Shown in pieces: positions 10,231 through 20,141 of a DNA stretch of 64,000 bases. Source of the DNA: an uncultured bacterium. Its GTDB lineage: Bacteria; Fidelibacterota; Marinisomatia; Marinisomatales; JAHJCW01. The position numbers and the translations under genes are program-made. The stretch lies in the NCBI GenBank assembly GCA_963715945.1, contig CAVQSL010000007.1:123997-187996 (forward strand), in the 5' to 3' direction. Under the pieces are notes generated by a model that ran no database searches, had not been told where the DNA came from, and saw only the letters and a list, made by a program, of their open reading frames with translations. Each line of letters opens with the position of its first letter. The stretch's first letter is position 1.

Positions 10231-10920
10231 ATGAAAACTTTTAAAAAACAACTCAATATTATTATTATATGTATCTTGCTTGGTATTGTTTCCATTCAGG
10301 CGCAAACCAAATCAATAGTCACTCATGTGAATATTGAAAACAAAAAAAACGGAGCATTCGTAAAATTATTTGTCACAGCTCCAGTCGATCCAAAACACAT
10401 TACTGGATGGACAAGTAATGACGGATGGTTCTACATAACAATTCTAAACGCCATAGCCGATTCGGGTCGCGTTGCGAGTACAGAAAACACTTATCCAATT
10501 TCACAAATTCAAGTCGATAATGCCGCAGAATCAACACAAATTGCATTGAAAGTAAAAGAGAGAATCGAAAACTTTGAGTTCTATCAATCGAAATCACCAC
10601 CTGAAATATTATTATCGTTGCGGTTCCCGATCGATGACGTGGCTTCAGTGTTACAGCAAGAGAGAAAAGATATGCGATCTGCAGAATCTGTTACAACCGA
10701 AGGTGGGCAGATAGAAACTGATACAGGAATAGCCGATTCCAGACCAATATAAAAGAATCCGTGCTTCATTATATTTAGCAGGAGCATCATTGACTATTGC
10801 AGGTGCAGCGCTTGAAACAAGCAGATCCGAAAATTTTAATTGGGAAGTCCCAACAGGTTTAGCAATTATAGCAGGCACTTTTATCTACGATAAATATTTT
10901 CATAAACCTCCCAAAGAATA
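10231..10920 (+). CDS. Hypothetical secreted protein with C-terminal membrane anchor, apparent +1 frameshift near 10750
   Basis: 173-aa ORF with a signal peptide ending at 10752. The next frame continues as RIRASLYLAGASLTIAGAALE...GLAIIAGTFIYDKY (TM-like) to a stop at 10920. Confidence 0.4.
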
Positions 10921-10939
10921 GCTCTACAGAAGTTAGAAA

Positions 10940-12710
10940 TTGTTTAGATTAAAGATCATAATAATTCTTGCAATAATTACAAGCAATTCTGTTTTATCAG
11001 ATAATAAATCAATTGTAACCCAATCTGCTAATATTGTTATTGATGTCCTTGATGGATTATCCTTAGTAACGACATTTAACACCGTATATGGTAGATATTG
11101 CAAGAATGGACACTTATTGTCCGAAATATATAAATCCAAATTAGAATCATTAGGATTCAATTTTTCAGGTGAGTATGGTCACTATGAATATATCAGACCT
11201 ATCTGGATCATTATCATGATACAGCTAACTTTCCGAATTCACTAACATTAAATGGAACATAATGCAGTTGATCAAACTGACTCGAATGGAAACACAGTAC
11301 CTGATTATATTGAAACAATGGCAAATATATTTGAGGAAGTCTATCATCATGATATTGCTGAACTCGGTTATATTCCCCCTCCAAGTGACGGAATGGAAGG
11401 TGGATAAGATTGTATGATATCTATGTTACAGATATTGGTACGAATGCATATGCATGGACTTATTATGGTTATCCAATTATTGGTGATAATGAGAATTCTA
11501 CTGAATATTGAAAACAATGCCTATATCAGTCACTATGATTCTGAGGAATAATTACATAGGTTTCCCAAATACTGAATTAGAGAATATTCAGGTAACTGCT
11601 GCTCATGAATATTTTCATGCCATTCAGCTTGGATATGATGGTGATGAAGCTACTTGGCTTTTAGAATCAACTGCTACTTGGATGGAAGAAGAACATTATG
11701 ATAACGTAAATGATTGTTATCAATACATGATCCCATGGTTTGAAAAACCGCATATTTCATTGACTAACTGGGCAGGGTTGCATCCCTATGGTTCGTTCAT
11801 TTTATTCAAGTATATTGACGAACACTTAGGCGGTCAAGATATCATAAAAAGAACTTGGGAGCAAAGCCGAATATTTGATAGTAATAATGGTGATTACAGC
11901 ATTCAATCAGTTGATCTAGCACTAAAAAGTGTTAATCATTCATTTAAGAAAGCACTTAATAATATGGCGATTGCTAATTTAATCCTTTCTTCAGATAGCC
12001 GTGCCGGACAATATGCTTATGAAGAGGCAGAAGGGTACAGAAATTATCTTGAATATTCTTACTATGATACAGTAGCAATCAAATTAGGAATTGCTGATTC
12101 GATCAATTTCCAACCGAATGTACCAAACCAATCAATAGAAAGTTATAATCTTCAGCTATATGGTTCTCAATATATAAAAATCAATACTAATGATCCTGTT
12201 AAAATTTCTATAAAAAAACCTCCTGGAGATACCGATCCCCTATCGGATTTAACACTGCACACAATTACTAAAACAATTAATAGTAATTATGAAGTTCAAA
12301 CCGGTCAAATATTAAATATTGATCCCGGTTCAAATACGGAATGGATATATGTAGCAATTATTGCGGATGGTGATGAGGCTACTAATTATAATTATGGATT
12401 GACCTTTTCAGACGGGATAAAAAATACCGAAACAAATTTTACTGTTGATAGTCCATTTCCAAATCCTTTTAATAATTCGACAACAGTAAAATTGAAAGTT
12501 ATTAGTCCGCAAAATATTGATATTGCAGTCTATGACATACTTGGTAGAAAAATAAACACTCTGCATTCAGGTTACTTATCAAGTGGAAGCTCTGAATACC
12601 TATGGAATGGCAAAAATACTAATAATGAAAAAGTAAGCTCGGGTGTTTATTATATCAAAGCAGTGAGTGATAGTCGCCAAGAGTGGAAAAAAATTACTGT
12701 GATTAAATAA
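10940..12710 (+). pseudogene. T9SS-sorted zinc metalloprotease (HExxH), reading frame broken at least four times
   Basis: Signal peptide at 10940. Fragments in other frames read NAVDQTDSNGNTVPDYIE and RLYDIYVTDIGTNAYAWT. The 400-aa ORF 11508..12710 has AAHEYFHAIQ and a C-terminal Por/T9SS-type sorting domain (FPNPFNNSTTVKLKV...GVYYIKAV...KKITVIK). Confidence 0.6.
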
Positions 12711-12719
12711 CCATTGTTA

Positions 12720-12776
12720 TTCCGCACTTGACGCGGAAGCCATTCGATAATAATAGATTTCCGCCTTCGCGGAAAT
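12720..12776. repeat. Twin intergenic hairpins sharing a TTCCGC/GCGGAA stem
   Basis: TTCCGC-acttgac-GCGGAA (12720..12738) and ATTTCCGC-cttc-GCGGAAAT (12757..12776), between convergent genes. Confidence 0.5.
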
Positions 12777-12784
12777 GACAACTT

Positions 12785-13015
12785 TTACAATTCGCCTTTT
12801 TGATCTAAAGCGAATAAATTATCGTATCCACCAATCGGTTTATCGTTTATGATAATTTGCGGTACGGACCTTCCACCAGTTAATTCTACTAATTTCTCTC
12901 GAGTAATTCCTTCACGTTCAATATTAATTTCTTCAAATGTAATACCACGCTCAGTAAGTAATCGTTTGGCAGAGCTACAAGCATGACAAATTGTTATAGT
13001 GTAAATCTTAACCAT
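12785..13015 (-). CDS. Glutaredoxin-family protein (atypical CHAC active site)
   Basis: 76-aa ORF. KIYTITICHACSSAKRLL plus GGRSVPQIIINDKPIGGYDNL matches the Grx fold signature (TVP, GG motif). Confidence 0.8.
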   Translation of the reverse strand: MVKIYTITICHACSSAKRLLTERGITFEEINIEREGITREKLVELTGGRSVPQIIINDKPIGGYDNLFALDQKGEL

Positions 13016-13125
13016 TATATTCCTATTAATTTAAATTTTATACTAATATTATTTCAGAAGTTAAACACTTTTACAATTGATAATTGTAGTTAGTGTTACA
13101 ATTTGAGTATTTTTTAATAATCATT

Positions 13126-14283
13126 ATGCTAAGCAATCTTCCCACTCACATAATTTGCCATTACTCTGAGATTGGTCTAAAAGGACAAAATCGTAGCTAT
13201 TTTGAGAAAAAATTAAAGGAAAACATCAAACGTATCCTTGATATCAATTCTCCCAATTCCTATGTATCAATTCTGAGATTGCGTGGTCGATTTCTAATAG
13301 AGCTAACTGAAATAGGACAAAATTCAATCAACATTATAGAAGAGACTTTAAAAAATGTCTTTGGGCTAGCATATTTTGCATTTGCCTACAAATCCAGACC
13401 TGATTTAGATATAATTAAATCAGATTCAGTTGAATTAATAAATAGACTTGAGTTCAATACCTTCAGGGTGACAGCACGGCGTGTAGATTCTAAATTCCCA
13501 CACACATCACAAGAATTAAATGAAGAAATTGGCGCAGAAATACTTGAAAAATTAAATAAAACAGTGAATTTAAATTATCCTGAAGCAACTTGTTTCATAG
13601 ACGTTCTTAATGAAGGAACATTCCTTTTTACTGAAAAGGTACAATCGGCAAAAGGTCTTCCAATTAGTGTAGGTGGAACAGCTATTGTTATGCTTTCGGG
13701 CGGAATTGACTCTCCGGTTGCAGCCTACTATGCAATGAAACGTGGATTGCGAGTTATATATGTTCATTTCCATTCCGTTCCCTTGGTTTCGGAGGCATCC
13801 GTTGAGAAAGTACGCGATACAGTTCAAATTCTAATAAAATATCAACCGAATTCCAAGTTATACTTAATGAAGTTTGCTCCTATTCAACAACAGATAATGG
13901 TAGAATGTGATGAAAAATTACGCGTTGTTCTATACCGCCGCTACATGATGAAAATAGCCGAGAAAGTAGCAGAATTAGAACACGCTAAAGCGATTTATAC
14001 TGGTGAGGCGCTCGGACAAGTTGCATCGCAAACTATTGAGAATATAACTGTTGTAGAAGAATCTGTCAGTTTGCCAATTATGCGACCATTAATAGGTTTT
14101 GATAAACAGGAAATCATTGCAAAAGCCATAGAAATTGGTACTTATGATATTTCCATCCTTCCGCATGAAGATTGTTGTACTTTGTACGTTCCAAAACATC
14201 CTGCGACTAAAGCGCGATTAATCGATGTTCAGCAGAACGAAGCAAAGCTTGATAGCGAAGCTATTAATTACAAAATCGCTTGA
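13126..14283 (+). CDS. thiI: tRNA 4-thiouridine(8) synthase ThiI (no rhodanese domain)
   Basis: PP-loop SGGIDSPVAAY, an N-terminal ferredoxin-like/THUMP region and HYSEIGLKGQNR. The ATG at 13126 is preferred over the upstream GTG at 13093 used by the ORF track. Confidence 0.85.
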   Translation: MLSNLPTHIICHYSEIGLKGQNRSYFEKKLKENIKRILDINSPNSYVSILRLRGRFLIELTEIGQNSINIIEETLKNVFGLAYFAFAYKSRPDLDIIKSDSVELINRLEFNTFRVTARRVDSKFPHTSQELNEEIGAEILEKLNKTVNLNYPEATCFIDVLNEGTFLFTEKVQSAKGLPISVGGTAIVMLSGGIDSPVAAYYAMKRGLRVIYVHFHSVPLVSEASVEKVRDTVQILIKYQPNSKLYLMKFAPIQQQIMVECDEKLRVVLYRRYMMKIAEKVAELEHAKAIYTGEALGQVASQTIENITVVEESVSLPIMRPLIGFDKQEIIAKAIEIGTYDISILPHEDCCTLYVPKHPATKARLIDVQQNEAKLDSEAINYKIA

Positions 14284-14403
14284 AACTGCTGAAATTGAAA
14301 TAGTAGAATAATCATCTTCTATATTGTTTAATATAGGGTCAGTTGATTAATTTTAAATTCTTTTTTTAAAGAAGATATAACCATGCTATTATCAGGAGAT
14401 TGA

Positions 14404-15747
14404 ATGAACACTTACAAATTATTTACCATTATTTTATTCTCATCGGTTTTACTTTTTTCTCAATCAATTCCAACCGGAGACCATGCGCTTGGTACAAAAT
14501 CATACGATGACTTTGAAGTTTCAGAAGTTTGTCAGGGCTGTCACAATGATATTTATCAACAATGGAAACAATCAATGATGTCGCAATCTTATACACATCA
14601 TTGGGATGAAATTGAGTACTTTGAGTTAGCTGTACCACATGGAGAAGTTGACTCAAAATACAAACCAGTTGCTGATGGGTGTAACGGATGCCATACACCA
14701 ATGGCATTTCTCGCAGGTGATGTTCCTCCTCCCCGTCCGGGAAAAAATAGCCGTGCAAATGATGGAGTAAACTGCGAAGTATGTCATTCTATCAATGGCT
14801 TTGAAGGAAAGGAACCTTTTAATTTCAATTATATTTCTGATCCCGGCGATGTAAAATTTGGTCCGAAAGATCAATTAGAATCACCCCATCATTCTACTTT
14901 AAAGATCGATTTCATAAGCGAAGCTGAATATTGCGGAACTTGCCATAACGAAAAAAATCCGGAAAATATTTGGGTAAAATCAACTCAACTTGAGTGGCTC
15001 GAAGGTCCTTATTCCAAAGAGCAAGTACCTTGTCATCAATGCCATATGCCAAAAGCTATTGGGAGGAATTCGATCATGTCTGAAGAAGATATGGTTGCAC
15101 AGCATCTTTTCCATGGCGCACATGACCCAGGTAAGGTAGCAGGTGTGGTCGAAATCAGGATGCATCCATCAGAACGAGAAGTAGAAATTGATGGTGCAGT
15201 TACAATAAACGTCCAATTATTCAATGCTAAGACCGGTCATAAATTCCCAACAGGATCCGTAGAGGATCGAATTTTATGGTTAGAGGTTACTGCAACAGAT
15301 TCCGAAGGTAGGGTCTATCAATTACCTGTGGACAAAAAAGGTTTTAAAGGTGAGGAATACACCATCGGCTCGGATGAATTAGCTTACGTTGATATGGGAA
15401 TCCCATTAAGATTACCTGATTTCAATGGTGTTCAGAGAGATGGTGTTCCTGTAGGCAGTAGAATATTCCGTATGCCTTATTTTGACAAAAATGGTGTTAT
15501 GACGATCATGCAATGGAATACACATACTCTAGGAACCGATTATCGCATAGGTCCGCGAGAAACCAAAATAGAAACATATACTTTTGAAATTCCAATCGAT
15601 GCTGCACCGGGAATTATGAATTTTGATGCTACATTGAATTATCAATTATTAGTTAAACCGGTAGCAAATTATCTTAAAGTACCAGCTGAAGAAAGTGAAA
15701 TTATACTTGTCAATACAGGTTCAACTTGGATTGAGATCTACGAATAA
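14404..15747 (+). CDS. Secreted pentaheme c-type cytochrome
   Basis: Signal peptide plus five CXXCH motifs (CQGCH, CNGCH, CEVCH, CGTCH, CHQCH), then a heme-free C-terminal domain of about 200 aa. Confidence 0.8.
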   Translation: MNTYKLFTIILFSSVLLFSQSIPTGDHALGTKSYDDFEVSEVCQGCHNDIYQQWKQSMMSQSYTHHWDEIEYFELAVPHGEVDSKYKPVADGCNGCHTPMAFLAGDVPPPRPGKNSRANDGVNCEVCHSINGFEGKEPFNFNYISDPGDVKFGPKDQLESPHHSTLKIDFISEAEYCGTCHNEKNPENIWVKSTQLEWLEGPYSKEQVPCHQCHMPKAIGRNSIMSEEDMVAQHLFHGAHDPGKVAGVVEIRMHPSEREVEIDGAVTINVQLFNAKTGHKFPTGSVEDRILWLEVTATDSEGRVYQLPVDKKGFKGEEYTIGSDELAYVDMGIPLRLPDFNGVQRDGVPVGSRIFRMPYFDKNGVMTIMQWNTHTLGTDYRIGPRETKIETYTFEIPIDAAPGIMNFDATLNYQLLVKPVANYLKVPAEESEIILVNTGSTWIEIYE

Positions 15748-15761
15748 ATAGGAGAATTATA

Positions 15762-16940
15762 ATGAATTTTGTAACAAAATTATCGAAACTAGTTTTTATA
15801 TATATTGCCATAACATTTATTATTCCTGAAACTTTATCGGCAACGCCGGCTTTTGCGAGAGCGCATAAAGTTTCGTGTACAACTTGCCATACTGTTTTTC
15901 CACGTTTAAGGGATTATGGTAATGAATTCGCAGGAAATGGATTTATCATGAAGGAATCGGAAATTCAGAGAAATTATGTAAGTGCCGGTGATGAAATGTT
16001 ATGGCTAAATAAAACATTCCCAATTGCAGCAAGATTTGATGCTTATGCTGCCTACGATCAAAACAAAGATGTCGAATATGATCTCCAATCGCCTTGGGGA
16101 ATTAAATTACTTTCGGGTGGTACGTTATACAAAAATATTGGGTATTATTTCTATTTCTTCATGTACGAAAGAGGCGAAGTTGCCGGTATCGAGGATGCCT
16201 ATATTCATTTCGATAATATATACGGTTCAAATCTTGATGTGATGGTCGGCCAATTTCAAACATCTGATCCACTGATGAAACGTGAATTACGCTTAACCTA
16301 CGAAGACTATATGGCTTATAAAAATAGGGTTGGTCTATCAAATATCGATCTTGCCTACGATAGAGGTGTGGTTTTAGCTTATGGAGTTGAACAAACAGGC
16401 ACAGATATCGTTGGAACGATAACCAATGGTAACGGTAAACCTGAAAGTGTTGATAGAAGATTGGATCAAGATAATTACAAGAATTTTGGATTTAGAGTCA
16501 ACCAAGGGATAAGTGATTTTATGACTATCGGTGGTTACTATTACTTGGGTAAGGAAAATTCACCGGATATAGATGGAACTAACGAAGTTACCTACTATGG
16601 TCCAGATATGACCGTTGCATTGGAAAATTTTGAATTGACCGCTCAATACTTGAACAGAACGGATACAAATCCAATGTTTGATGGTTCAGCTAATGATATT
16701 AAAACTGATGGTTATGTAGTTGAATTGGTGTATTCCCCTGATATGAATAATTCAAAATATTACATAACTGGTCTGTATAATCTGATAGACTCTGACAATG
16801 GTAAAATGTATAAATATGAAACTGCTACACTAAGTTATACATATTTATTCGCAAGAAATTTGCGGTTATTAGCAGAATATACACGTGACCTAGTTTCTGA
16901 TAATAATATATTTATTTTAGGTATTATCGGAGCGTTTTAA
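15762..16940 (+). CDS. Fused monoheme cytochrome c / outer-membrane beta-barrel (Cyc2-like architecture)
   Basis: Signal peptide (..SATPAFA), then a single CTTCH immediately after the predicted cleavage site. About 340 aa of alternating beta-strand sequence follow, ending in an aromatic C-terminus (GIIGAF). Starts 14 nt after the pentaheme gene. Confidence 0.55.
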   Translation: MNFVTKLSKLVFIYIAITFIIPETLSATPAFARAHKVSCTTCHTVFPRLRDYGNEFAGNGFIMKESEIQRNYVSAGDEMLWLNKTFPIAARFDAYAAYDQNKDVEYDLQSPWGIKLLSGGTLYKNIGYYFYFFMYERGEVAGIEDAYIHFDNIYGSNLDVMVGQFQTSDPLMKRELRLTYEDYMAYKNRVGLSNIDLAYDRGVVLAYGVEQTGTDIVGTITNGNGKPESVDRRLDQDNYKNFGFRVNQGISDFMTIGGYYYLGKENSPDIDGTNEVTYYGPDMTVALENFELTAQYLNRTDTNPMFDGSANDIKTDGYVVELVYSPDMNNSKYYITGLYNLIDSDNGKMYKYETATLSYTYLFARNLRLLAEYTRDLVSDNNIFILGIIGAF

Positions 16941-16975
16941 AAGATACTGCAATAATATTAGATAGTTTTATCATT

Positions 16976-17045
16976 AAAAATCCCTCAAGGTTTAAACTTT
17001 TCTATCGCAGCTTTAATGGACATGGAATACCCTGAGGGGTTTTTG
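16976..17045 (+). terminator. Long-stem hairpin with large loop downstream of the cytochrome pair (terminator or structured RNA)
   Basis: AAAAATCCCTCAAGG...(about 40 nt)...ACCCTGAGGGGTTTTT. The stem includes the A-run/T-run pairing. Confidence 0.35.
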
Positions 17046-17237
17046 AAGTATAGGAAAACATTTTAATATATATCTCAGATCGAAAAAATCTTAAGCGATA
17101 AATTATAAGTAATAATTACGAGCAAATTATCCTAATTAGATAATGAATTTTACCTTAATCGTTTAGTAATTTTGAAGATTGAATTAGTTTAAATCTTCAA
17201 TAAAACAGTATAAAATATTTTAATCAAGGAGCACTTA

Positions 17238-18389
17238 ATGATCGTTGCGATACCAAAAGAGATATTACCCGGAGAGAACAGGGTAGCTGCAATTCCTGCA
17301 ACAGTTAAGGAACTCGTTAAAACAGGTATGGAAGTAATTGTAGAATCCGGAGCAGGTGACAAATCATTCTTTTCTGATGTTGCCTACCAAGAAGCCGGTG
17401 CTACAATAGAAAAAGATATTAAAAAGCTTTACGATAAAGCCGAATTAGTATTAAAAGTTAATCATCCCGTTTATAACGACAACCTTAAAATTCATGAAGC
17501 AGAATTGCTTAAAGACGGATCTGCATTTGTTTCATTTTTTCAAACTACTCGAGAAAAAGAAGCAGTAGAAATGTTAGTTAAAAAGAAGATAACCGGATTT
17601 TCCATGCATCTCATTCCACGTACAACTTTAGCTCAAAAAATGGATGCTCTTAGCTCGCAAAGTAATATTGCCGGTTACAAAGCCGTTCTAATTGGCGCTG
17701 CTCATCTTGGCAAATACATGCCATTGCTTATGACCGCAGCCGGTACAATTCCACCTGCTAAAGTATTGATCCTTGGCGCAGGAGTTGCCGGTTTGCAAGC
17801 CATTGCTACCGCAAAGCGATTAGGTGCCCAAGTGGAAGCATTTGATGTTCGTCCCGTGGTAAAAGAACAAGTTGAAAGTCTTGGAGCAAAATTCGTAGAA
17901 GTTGCCACAGACTCTGATGACGGAGTTGGCGAAGGCGGATATGCTAAAGAGACTTCCGATGAATATAAACAAAAACAGCAAGCTTTGATAAAAGCGCATA
18001 TCGCTAAATCCGATATTGTTATCACTACTGCACTAATTCCGGGACGTCCGGCTCCGCTTCTTATTCCAAAAGATATGGTTGAAGGGATGAAACCGGGTTC
18101 AGTTATCATCGACTTAGCCGCGGAAAATGGAGGAAATTGTGAACTTACCAAAGCTGGTGAAATTGTTAATCATAATAAAGTATTAGTTGATGGCACTTTG
18201 AATTTGCCTGGTTCCATGCCGATTCATGCAAGTCAATTATATGCAAAGAATATTACTAGTTTCGTTACCTATATGTGCCCGGAAGGCAAATTGAATCTTG
18301 ATATGGAAGATGAGATTATTTCCGGTTCCATGTTCACTCATAATGGTGAGATTGTTAACGAAATGACTAAAACAGCATTTAAGAATTAA
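17238..18389 (+). CDS. pntAA: NAD(P) transhydrogenase subunit alpha part 1
   Basis: 383-aa ORF with an AlaDH/PNT N-domain and a Rossmann motif (LGAGVAGLQAIATAKRLGA). Confidence 0.9.
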   Translation: MIVAIPKEILPGENRVAAIPATVKELVKTGMEVIVESGAGDKSFFSDVAYQEAGATIEKDIKKLYDKAELVLKVNHPVYNDNLKIHEAELLKDGSAFVSFFQTTREKEAVEMLVKKKITGFSMHLIPRTTLAQKMDALSSQSNIAGYKAVLIGAAHLGKYMPLLMTAAGTIPPAKVLILGAGVAGLQAIATAKRLGAQVEAFDVRPVVKEQVESLGAKFVEVATDSDDGVGEGGYAKETSDEYKQKQQALIKAHIAKSDIVITTALIPGRPAPLLIPKDMVEGMKPGSVIIDLAAENGGNCELTKAGEIVNHNKVLVDGTLNLPGSMPIHASQLYAKNITSFVTYMCPEGKLNLDMEDEIISGSMFTHNGEIVNEMTKTAFKN

Positions 18390-18400
18390 GGAAAACAGAA

Positions 18401-18676
18401 ATGGATATGATAAATATATTAACTGTTTTTGTTCTGGCAATATTTGTAGGGAATGAGGTAATCAGTAAAGTACCTCCTACCCTGCATACTCCGCTGATGT
18501 CAGGATCAAACGCAATTTCAGGTATTGCGATCGTAGGTGCAATTATCGCCACTAAAGTTGGCGGCGAGATTGGCACATGGTTAGGACTTACTGCAGTTAT
18601 TTTTGCCACAATTAATGTTGTGGGCGGATTTATGGTAACTGACAGGATGTTGAAAATGTTCAAAAAGAAGAAGTAG
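18401..18676 (+). CDS. pntAB: NAD(P) transhydrogenase subunit alpha part 2 (membrane)
   Basis: 91-aa hydrophobic ORF between pntAA and pntB. TPLMSGSNAISGI is typical of this subunit. Confidence 0.85.
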   Translation: MDMINILTVFVLAIFVGNEVISKVPPTLHTPLMSGSNAISGIAIVGAIIATKVGGEIGTWLGLTAVIFATINVVGGFMVTDRMLKMFKKKK

Positions 18677-18685
18677 AGGATTGCA

Positions 18686-20069
18686 ATGGATTATATGAAT
18701 TTATTTTACGTATTGGCAGCCGTCCTCTTTATTATTGGACTGAAGAAACTAAGTCATCCTAAAACAGCTCGTACTGGTAATATCATCGCATCTATCGGTA
18801 TGCTAATTGCAATCGTTGCAACACTTGTTGGTTTTGAAGTACTCGATTTTAAATTGATTGCTGTTGGAATGATAATTGGCGCAATGATTGGCGCAACATT
18901 TGCGATAAAAGTAAAAATGACCGGAATGCCACAAATGGTTGCGATATTCAACGGTTTTGGTGGTGGTGCATCGGCATTGGTAGCCGCAGCCGAATTTTAT
19001 TCTAAAGGTGGTCACGGCGAGCTAACAACATTTTTACTTTCAACGATTGCCCTAAGTGTATTCGTAGGTACGTTAACATTTACAGGTAGTTTTGTTGCTT
19101 TCGGAAAACTGCAAGGGTTCATTTCTGGTCAACCGATTGTTTTTAAAGGACAAAAATTATTAAACGCCATCATTGCCTTAGTAATAATTGCATTTGCAAT
19201 TGGATTTGTTGTTGTTCCTGCAAATATGTATTGGTATTTCATCGGATTAATAGTATTTGCCTCATTAATAGGCATCACACTTGTAATTCCTATCGGTGGT
19301 GCCGATATGCCTGTTGTGATATCACTACTTGAACTCCTATTCAGGTATTGCAGCTGCAGCAACCGGGTTTGTGTTATTAAATAATGGACTTATCATAAGT
19401 GGTGCATTAGTTGGTGCTTCGGGACTTATACTGACCAATATTATGTGCAAAGGTATGAACCGTTCACTTGCTAATGTAATATTTGGTGCGGTTGGTCTAA
19501 CCCAAGAAGGTGCAAGCGGTGGAACTGGACAACAAATGAATATTAAGAGTTATTCCACCGAAGAAGCCGCTATGATATTTGATGCTGCTGATAAAATCAT
19601 CATTGTTCCCGGATATGGATTAGCAGTTGCACAAGCACAGCATGCTGCACGTGAAGTTGCTGATTACCTTGAAGGACAAGGCAAAAAAGTATTATACGCG
19701 ATTCACCCTGTTGCCGGACGTATGCCTGGTCACATGAACGTACTATTGGCAGAAGCAAACGTACCATACGAACATTTGAAGGATCTTGATGAGATCAATC
19801 CGGAATTTGAGACTTGCGACGTAGCATTGATACTTGGAGCAAACGATGTCGTTAATCCGGCTGCTCGTCATGACAAATCAAGTCCGATCTATGGTATGCC
19901 AATATTGGATGTTGATAAATCACGTACAGTAATCATCAATAAACGTACTATGAATCCGGGATTTGCCGGAATCCAAAATGAATTATTCGGTTTTGATAAT
20001 TCAATTATGGTATTTGGTGATGCAAAACAAATGCTTACTGATTTATTAAAGAATCTTAAAGAACTATAA
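18686..20069 (+). CDS. pntB: NAD(P) transhydrogenase subunit beta, interrupted by an apparent 1-nt insertion near 19331
   Basis: Two overlapping ORFs (18686..19384 and 19329..20069). Joined, they read GGADMPVVISLL|NSYSGIAAAATGF, the conserved PntB junction. The C-terminal dIII domain is intact. Confidence 0.85.
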
Positions 20070-20089
20070 TATTAAAATATTGTAGTAAT

Positions 20090-20120
20090 AAAAAAACCCT
20101 GCTTTTGCAGGGTTTTTTTA
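20090..20120. terminator. Bidirectional rho-independent terminator
   Basis: AAAAAAACCCTGC-TTTT-GCAGGGTTTTTTT between convergent genes. Confidence 0.75.
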
Positions 20121-20141
20121 TTAAGAATTATTATAGAATTA

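Noticed and set aside
17702-18151. Long antisense ORFs inside well-supported genes. Examples: 17702..18151 opposite pntAA, 30761..31120 opposite acs, 53429..53743 opposite the ADP-forming synthetase, 47117..47524 opposite the patatin gene, and 3998..4763 opposite the acylase.
   Set aside because: They have no recognisable motifs, low-complexity or odd composition, and are fully embedded opposite genes with strong family signatures. They are typical shadow ORFs.
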